Source: an uncultured Bacteroidales bacterium
GTDB taxonomy: Bacteria; Bacteroidota; Bacteroidia; Bacteroidales; F082
Assembly (NCBI GenBank): GCA_937906455.1
Contig: CALCYT010000040.1
Span: forward strand, 6,308-70,307
Direction of reading: 5' to 3'
DNA length: 64,000 bases
The position numbers and the translations under genes are program-made. The notes beneath the pieces were generated by a model, which was not told where the DNA came from, ran no database searches, and was given only the letters and a program-made list of their open reading frames with translations. The stretch's first letter is position 1; every line of letters starts with the position of its first letter. Positions 59,234 to 64,000 of the stretch are shown one piece after another.

Positions 59234-60025
59234 ATGAAGAAAAGCTTTATCATCGGCATAGTGCTTGCTTTGACAATGCTGTCGAACATCGCCAAGTCAC
59301 AGATTTTCTTGGGAGAAGCCTTTGTCGGGTACAACATCTGCCAAGTTGACGGCGACCAGATTATGGGCTATTTTCAGCCGGGCATCAACGTTGGAGTAGG
59401 CGTGTTGACGCCTGTTTGGACGAAGAACAATTTCAGCCTCGAACTGTCGATAGAGGTGCTGTACAACCAGAAGGGCGCCAAACAAGGCAGGAAATATTTC
59501 GACCATCAGATAGACCCTGTCACGGGTGTTGAAATCACGGGAGAATACAATCTTAAGATGAGATATGGCGAAGTACCCTTCATGGTTTATTTCACCGATA
59601 AAAAACTCGTCTCCGCCGGTGTCGGCGTCTCTTACGCCCGACTGATGGGACTGTCAGAATATGAACACGGAGTAAAGACTGACGTCACCGCTACAAGTGG
59701 CGAATTTAACCAAAACGAGTTCAATATCTTGGCTGATGTTAAGCTCCGCATCTATAAGAGATGGAAGCTTGGTGTCAGATATTCCTATTCATTAAATTCG
59801 ATAAGGACACGTGAATTTTTCAACACCGAAGGTGAGTCGCAAGGCATTTTTAATCAGTATAACAACCTCTTCACCTTCCGCTTGACGTATGTGTTCAACG
59901 AGAAGCTCGAAACTCTGCAACGAGAAGAGTACCGCTACACGGGCGATAACCCTAAATTCCATGACAAAGCTGTCGCTCGGCAGTTGAAAAAACTTCAACG
60001 CAAACAGGCAAAGGAGAAACAATAA
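59234..60025 (+). CDS. Outer-membrane beta-barrel (PorT-like/OMP_b-brl) protein with a Lys-rich tail
   Basis: 263 aa. Signal peptide, alternating-hydrophobicity strands, and the C-terminal tail ARQLKKLQRKQAKEKQ. Confidence 0.65.
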   Translation: MKKSFIIGIVLALTMLSNIAKSQIFLGEAFVGYNICQVDGDQIMGYFQPGINVGVGVLTPVWTKNNFSLELSIEVLYNQKGAKQGRKYFDHQIDPVTGVEITGEYNLKMRYGEVPFMVYFTDKKLVSAGVGVSYARLMGLSEYEHGVKTDVTATSGEFNQNEFNILADVKLRIYKRWKLGVRYSYSLNSIRTREFFNTEGESQGIFNQYNNLFTFRLTYVFNEKLETLQREEYRYTGDNPKFHDKAVARQLKKLQRKQAKEKQ

Positions 60026-60063
60026 TAGTCTTTAGACTTTAGACGTTAGACTTTAGACGTTAG
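60026..60063 (-). repeat. Heptamer tandem repeat, (TCTAAAG)-family in inverted orientation, x5, between convergent genes
   Basis: tagtc tttagac tttagac gttagac tttagac gttag. Confidence 0.88.
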
Positions 60064-60067
60064 TGGG

Positions 60068-62668
60068 TTATTCGATGACAGTGACGAGGTTACGTAGTTC
60101 TTTCATTGTCTCGATGTGTCCGTTTTTGTCAACATAGCCGAGGCCAGGAAGCAACAGCTCGATGTTTCTGCCGTCATCATAGAACTCCATCAGGGTGTTT
60201 TTGACACAGTATTCGGTTGCTATTCCACTGATAACCAAGTTCTTAGTCGCAACCACCTCATGCAGCTGCCGTCCGTCTGGACCCACTGACTCGAATCCTG
60301 AATACTGTTCTTTGTCAACTTCCTCGCCTTTACGGAAGATGTTTCTCTGCGGGTCAGGGCGGTTTGCCGGGTTGATGATGTCGTTGTAGAACGCCTCGTG
60401 GATAGTTCCACCATGTGTTCCCTGAACGCAATGTACCGGCCAGATGCCGCCGTAATCCTTAAACGAGCTATGGTTAAATGGGTGATAGTCAGTGATGTAA
60501 AACACCTTCTCGTCCGGATGCGCATTGATGTATTTTACGACTTCATGCACTGCATTTTCAGCATTACCGCAGGCCAAGGTGCCGTCGATGAAGTCGTAAA
60601 GCATGTCAACGATGAGATGCGCCGGGGCGTCATGATTTTCCTCCACGAAGCTGTAGTTCTTCCCGTAGTCGAGATGCTGCTGCAAGAAATCGCAAGGATA
60701 ATTGACTTGATAATCAACGACTTTACCGCCTTTCATTACAGGGACAATCTCAGGATTTATGAATCCGCCGTAAGGCTTCAGTCCAAGAGCCTGGTAACGT
60801 GCCTTGACCTCTTTATGAAGTTCCGGATTGATTTTCACGCCATAAGTCTCGACGAGATATTTTCCGCCCTCATAGTCGCCCTCCGACTTAACACGTTGAA
60901 TCTCAGCGAGAAGGTCACCAAACAAGCCACGTAGTTTCTCGTAGTCATTGATGACGAAATACGTCTTGCCGTCGCGTACTTTTTTCTCTATGACATTGTC
61001 TTTCAAGCCTTTTTCATAGCACCACCAGCTGATGAGGGCGCGGTCTTGCATATGAGCCTCTGTTATGTCTTTGCCGAGTTCTATACGCGCGAGCTGACTC
61101 ATGAGACCGTTGCGGATGAAGTCGGCGTACTGTGCCTTATAGCATTCCATATTAGGAAGGATGCCGAGCTCCACCATCTTAGGGTCGGCGCAATAATACA
61201 GGCCGAAGAGGTCGGCGCGTGCTTCTTCGAGAGCCGAGCTGTACTCTTTCAAGGCGTTGGGTTGTGTGGTGGGCAGCAGCTGTCCCGAGCCGTGACCGAG
61301 ACATTCATGCAAGTCGGTGTGCAACACGTCGGCTATGCTGCTGTATTTCTTACAAAGCTCTATTTCTTCCTTAGAATATGCGAACTCAGCCAAGACGCTC
61401 TTCGGCGACTCGTTGGCGGCCTTGTCGTAGGCGTCCATCAAGTTGGTGATTGTCACCGACTTAGAGCCGTGTTCCTTACGAATCCAGTCGGCATTAGGCA
61501 GGTTGATGCCAATAGGAGGTGCCGGGAAGTTGTCGCCTCCCAGGGTGGTGGCGATGATACCCTTTGCGCTCACGCCCTTGCATTCTTTCTTTTTGAAGCG
61601 CGGGTCAACAGGCGAGTTATCCTCAAACCATTGAGCGTTGGCACTGATTATCTCCGAGCGTTTCGTCGCCTCCTCGTCCTTGAAATTGACGATGGCCGCC
61701 CATGTGGCCTTCATGCCCATCGGGTCGTTGTAATCCTCAATAAATCCATTCACGAAGTCGATTCTTGAAAGAGAGTCTTCAACCCATGCGATGTTGTATT
61801 CGTCCCATTTCTCAAGCGAACCCGTTGTGTAATAATCGATTAAAAGATCAGTATATTTGCGTTGAGCGTCGTTTTCAGCCACCTCGTTGGCTTTCTTCAG
61901 CCAGCCGATAATCTGTTCCAAAGCCTTGCCGTAAAGACCGTCAACCTTATACACCTCTTCACGAAGTCTGCCGTTTTCCTTGACGAGCTTGGAATTGAGA
62001 CCGTAAGAGATGGGGTACTCGTCGTCAGGCTTGCGTTGAGCGTCATAAAACGCCTCGACATCACCTTTATTAATATTACCTTCATAGAAATTGACGCATG
62101 AGTTTTGGATTATATCCTCTTCCCCACTGCGGCGCATCTTGTACAAATCCCGGTCGAAAATGACAGGGGTGATGAACGTCAGGAAGTCATCAACAGTCTC
62201 ACCCTCGGCCAATGGCAGCAATTTCGGGTCAGATTTTCTCACAAGCTGTGCGAAATATTCCTCGGAAATCTCAGGAAACATCTTATCCTCGGCATAATGA
62301 TGATGGATACCGTTGCTGAAGAACACGCGTTTCGCATAAACCACAAAGTTCTGATAGTCAGCGCATTTCTTATCACCATTATAAGAATTCAGCACAGCCT
62401 CAAGTGTCTTGCGCACAGTGAGGTTATACTTGAAATTCTGGTCGGCGAGAATATCGCGGCCGCATTTCGCCGCTTCACCGAGATAATAAATATACTCTTT
62501 TTGTTGCAGCGTCAACTCATCCCATCCGGGAATCTGATAACGCATCACTTTCAGGTCGGCAAACTCATCGACCAGATACTTGAACTCTCCGTTTTGAGCC
62601 TTCTTACCGCATGATGCACAGGCAGTTATAAGACCAGCAATACTTAATACCATGACAAATTTTTTCAT
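60068..62668 (-). CDS. Lipoprotein fusing an M49 (dipeptidyl-peptidase III-like) metallopeptidase to a C-terminal nicotinamidase/isochorismatase (PncA-like) domain
   Basis: 866 aa. Lipobox LITAC. M49 zinc motifs HECLGHGSG (HExxGH) and LEEARADL (EExRAD). The C-terminal ~190 aa carry HLIVDMLYDF, DYHPFNHSSF, WPVHCVQGTHGG, RKG and ISGIATEYCV, which are PncA Asp/Lys/Cys triad contexts. Confidence 0.82.
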   Translation of the reverse strand: MKKFVMVLSIAGLITACASCGKKAQNGEFKYLVDEFADLKVMRYQIPGWDELTLQQKEYIYYLGEAAKCGRDILADQNFKYNLTVRKTLEAVLNSYNGDKKCADYQNFVVYAKRVFFSNGIHHHYAEDKMFPEISEEYFAQLVRKSDPKLLPLAEGETVDDFLTFITPVIFDRDLYKMRRSGEEDIIQNSCVNFYEGNINKGDVEAFYDAQRKPDDEYPISYGLNSKLVKENGRLREEVYKVDGLYGKALEQIIGWLKKANEVAENDAQRKYTDLLIDYYTTGSLEKWDEYNIAWVEDSLSRIDFVNGFIEDYNDPMGMKATWAAIVNFKDEEATKRSEIISANAQWFEDNSPVDPRFKKKECKGVSAKGIIATTLGGDNFPAPPIGINLPNADWIRKEHGSKSVTITNLMDAYDKAANESPKSVLAEFAYSKEEIELCKKYSSIADVLHTDLHECLGHGSGQLLPTTQPNALKEYSSALEEARADLFGLYYCADPKMVELGILPNMECYKAQYADFIRNGLMSQLARIELGKDITEAHMQDRALISWWCYEKGLKDNVIEKKVRDGKTYFVINDYEKLRGLFGDLLAEIQRVKSEGDYEGGKYLVETYGVKINPELHKEVKARYQALGLKPYGGFINPEIVPVMKGGKVVDYQVNYPCDFLQQHLDYGKNYSFVEENHDAPAHLIVDMLYDFIDGTLACGNAENAVHEVVKYINAHPDEKVFYITDYHPFNHSSFKDYGGIWPVHCVQGTHGGTIHEAFYNDIINPANRPDPQRNIFRKGEEVDKEQYSGFESVGPDGRQLHEVVATKNLVISGIATEYCVKNTLMEFYDDGRNIELLLPGLGYVDKNGHIETMKELRNLVTVIE

Positions 62669-62726
62669 TATTATAATTTTTGAATTTTTATTTCGTTATG
62701 AATTGCAAAATTATTGAATTTTTTCG

Positions 62727-62734
62727 TATCTTTG
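62727..62734 (+). promoter_or_regulatory. -7 box (TATCTTTG) for the SPFH gene
   Basis: ttcgTATCTTTGcaaaaatt, about 30 nt upstream of the ATG at 62765. Confidence 0.5.
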
Positions 62735-62764
62735 CAAAAATTAACAAATTAAAAATTTTAAGAC

Positions 62765-63625
62765 ATGGAATACACGCAACAATCTAATTATCAACAGAAC
62801 AAGCCATCGAATGGAAAAAAATACGGACCGATTATCCTGATAGGTGCGTTAGTGTTGTTACTCATCATTTTCTGGAGCCGCATCACCGTCACTATTCCTG
62901 CGGGACACGGCGGAGTGCTTTACCGTTTGTTTGGCGGCGGTATTGACACCTCGAAGACCTTTGAGGAAGGCTTCCATTTCATCGCACCATGGAACAGCAT
63001 GACGCTTTACGAGACACGTCAGCAGGTCGCCGACGAGGAGATGAGCGCGCTGTCATCTAACGGATTGGAAATCAAGATAGAATTTTCCACATGGTATCAA
63101 CCGAAATGGCAGGAGTTGGGTTATCTTCATGCCACCATCGGCACACAATATCTGACACGTGCCGTCTATCCAGCCATGCGTTCGGCGGCGAGAAGCGTGC
63201 TTGGCAGATACACTCCGGAGCAGATATACTCCACAAAACGCGATGCCATCCAGGAAGAGATTTTCATTGAGACGAAAAACCTTCTCGAAGGCAAGCACAT
63301 ACAACTCAACCAGGTGCTCATCCGCTCGGTGACGCTTCCTCCAACCATCAAATCAGCAATTGAGAGCAAGCTGAAACAGGAACAAGAGGCTTTGGAATAC
63401 GAGTTCAAGCTTGAGAAAGCATCGCAAGAGGCTGAGCGTCAGCGTGTTGAGGCAGAAGGCAAGGCAAGAGCCAACAACATCGTGAGCGCAAGTATCAACG
63501 ACAAGATTTTGCGCGAGAAAGGTATCGACGCCACACTTAAACTCGCCGAGTCACCAAACACCAAAATAGTGATTGTCGGCAACAGCAAAGATGGCATGCC
63601 GCTGATTTTGGGAGATATAAAATAA
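62765..63625 (+). CDS. SPFH/Band-7 (prohibitin-like) membrane protein
   Basis: 286 aa. N-terminal TM, an SPFH core ([14 protein letters not shown]), and a coiled-coil [27 protein letters not shown]. Confidence 0.85.
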   Translation: MEYTQQSNYQQNKPSNGKKYGPIILIGALVLLLIIFWSRITVTIPAGHGGVLYRLFGGGIDTSKTFEEGFHFIAPWNSMTLYETRQQVADEEMSALSSNGLEIKIEFSTWYQPKWQELGYLHATIGTQYLTRAVYPAMRSAARSVLGRYTPEQIYSTKRDAIQEEIFIETKNLLEGKHIQLNQVLIRSVTLPPTIKSAIESKLKQEQEALEYEFKLEKASQEAERQRVEAEGKARANNIVSASINDKILREKGIDATLKLAESPNTKIVIVGNSKDGMPLILGDIK

Positions 63626-64000
63626 TGGCGAATAAAGTTAAACAGGTCAAAATAAGCATAAAAAACAGGCGCGCGTCGTTTGAGTATTTCCTCATCGACA
63701 GATATACAGCAGGCATAGTCCTGACAGGCACGGAAATAAAAAGCATACGCGAAGGCAAGGCGAGTCTCGTGGATTCGTACTGTTCTTTCATAAAAGATGA
63801 GCTTTATGTGATAGGCATGCACATAGCTGAATACGCCTTCGGGACGTACAACAACCATGTGCCGAAACGCGACAGAAAACTCCTGCTCACCAGGAAAGAG
63901 CTGCGCAAACTCAAGGCGAAAAGCGCAGAGAAAGGCTTCACCATCGTGCCTGTTGAGATGTTTGTGAATGAGCGCGGACTCGCGAAAATGGAGATAGCAT
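63625..64000 (+). CDS. smpB: SsrA-binding protein SmpB. The 3' end is truncated by the window edge and the gene is not in the ORF track.
   Basis: Manual translation from the ATG at 63625, which overlaps the upstream stop (TAATG): [52 protein letters not shown]...[16 protein letters not shown]...[22 protein letters not shown]. Confidence 0.9.
   Translation, partial: MANKVKQVKISIKNRRASFEYFLIDRYTAGIVLTGTEIKSIREGKASLVDSYCSFIKDELYVIGMHIAEYAFGTYNNHVPKRDRKLLLTRKELRKLKAKSAEKGFTIVPVEMFVNERGLAKMEIA

Overview
This 64-kb window looks like a Bacteroidota (probably Bacteroidales) chromosome. Supporting signs are TAnnTTTG-type '-7' promoter boxes in front of many genes, a short (~290 aa) RpoD, T9SS C-terminal sorting domains, a carboxypeptidase-regulatory-domain TonB-dependent receptor, and both Rnf and Nqr. 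Almost all of it is tightly packed housekeeping sequence: nnr, rlmD, aroK, yidC, rpoD, dapF, mltG, recR, gpsA, folD, ffh, glmM, aroE, tex, smpB. I saw no rRNA or tRNA genes, no transposase or integrase, and no CRISPR array inside the window. The most important item is missing from the supplied ORF track. The minus strand from 2627 to the left edge is a stop-free, 5'-complete cas9 (875 codons, RuvC-I to the start of RuvC-III, type II-C-like). The 174-bp spacer next to it carries a divergent small-RNA gene (promoter box, putative anti-repeat, Spy-like 'AAGG..UCCGUU' nexus, GC hairpin plus U-tract) that I interpret as the tracrRNA. The rest of the locus (cas9 3' end, cas1/cas2, array) must lie left of the window. 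Other points worth a second look: (i) a 20-kb same-strand, essentially gapless block rnfBCDGEA - C25 peptidase - CPA2/Kef antiporter - C25 peptidase - nqrABCDEF; (ii) a lipoprotein that fuses an M49 (DPP III-like) peptidase to a PncA-type nicotinamidase domain; (iii) a G-poor array of ~21-nt-spaced TCAYCCC repeats after nqrF; (iv) nine short tandem-repeat arrays of period 7, 8 or 14 nt, eight of which abut or overlap a stop codon, and three of which supply the C-terminal tail and stop codon of a CDS. I cannot show that any of these is a genuinely new system. All protein calls rest on motif recognition by eye, not on database searches.
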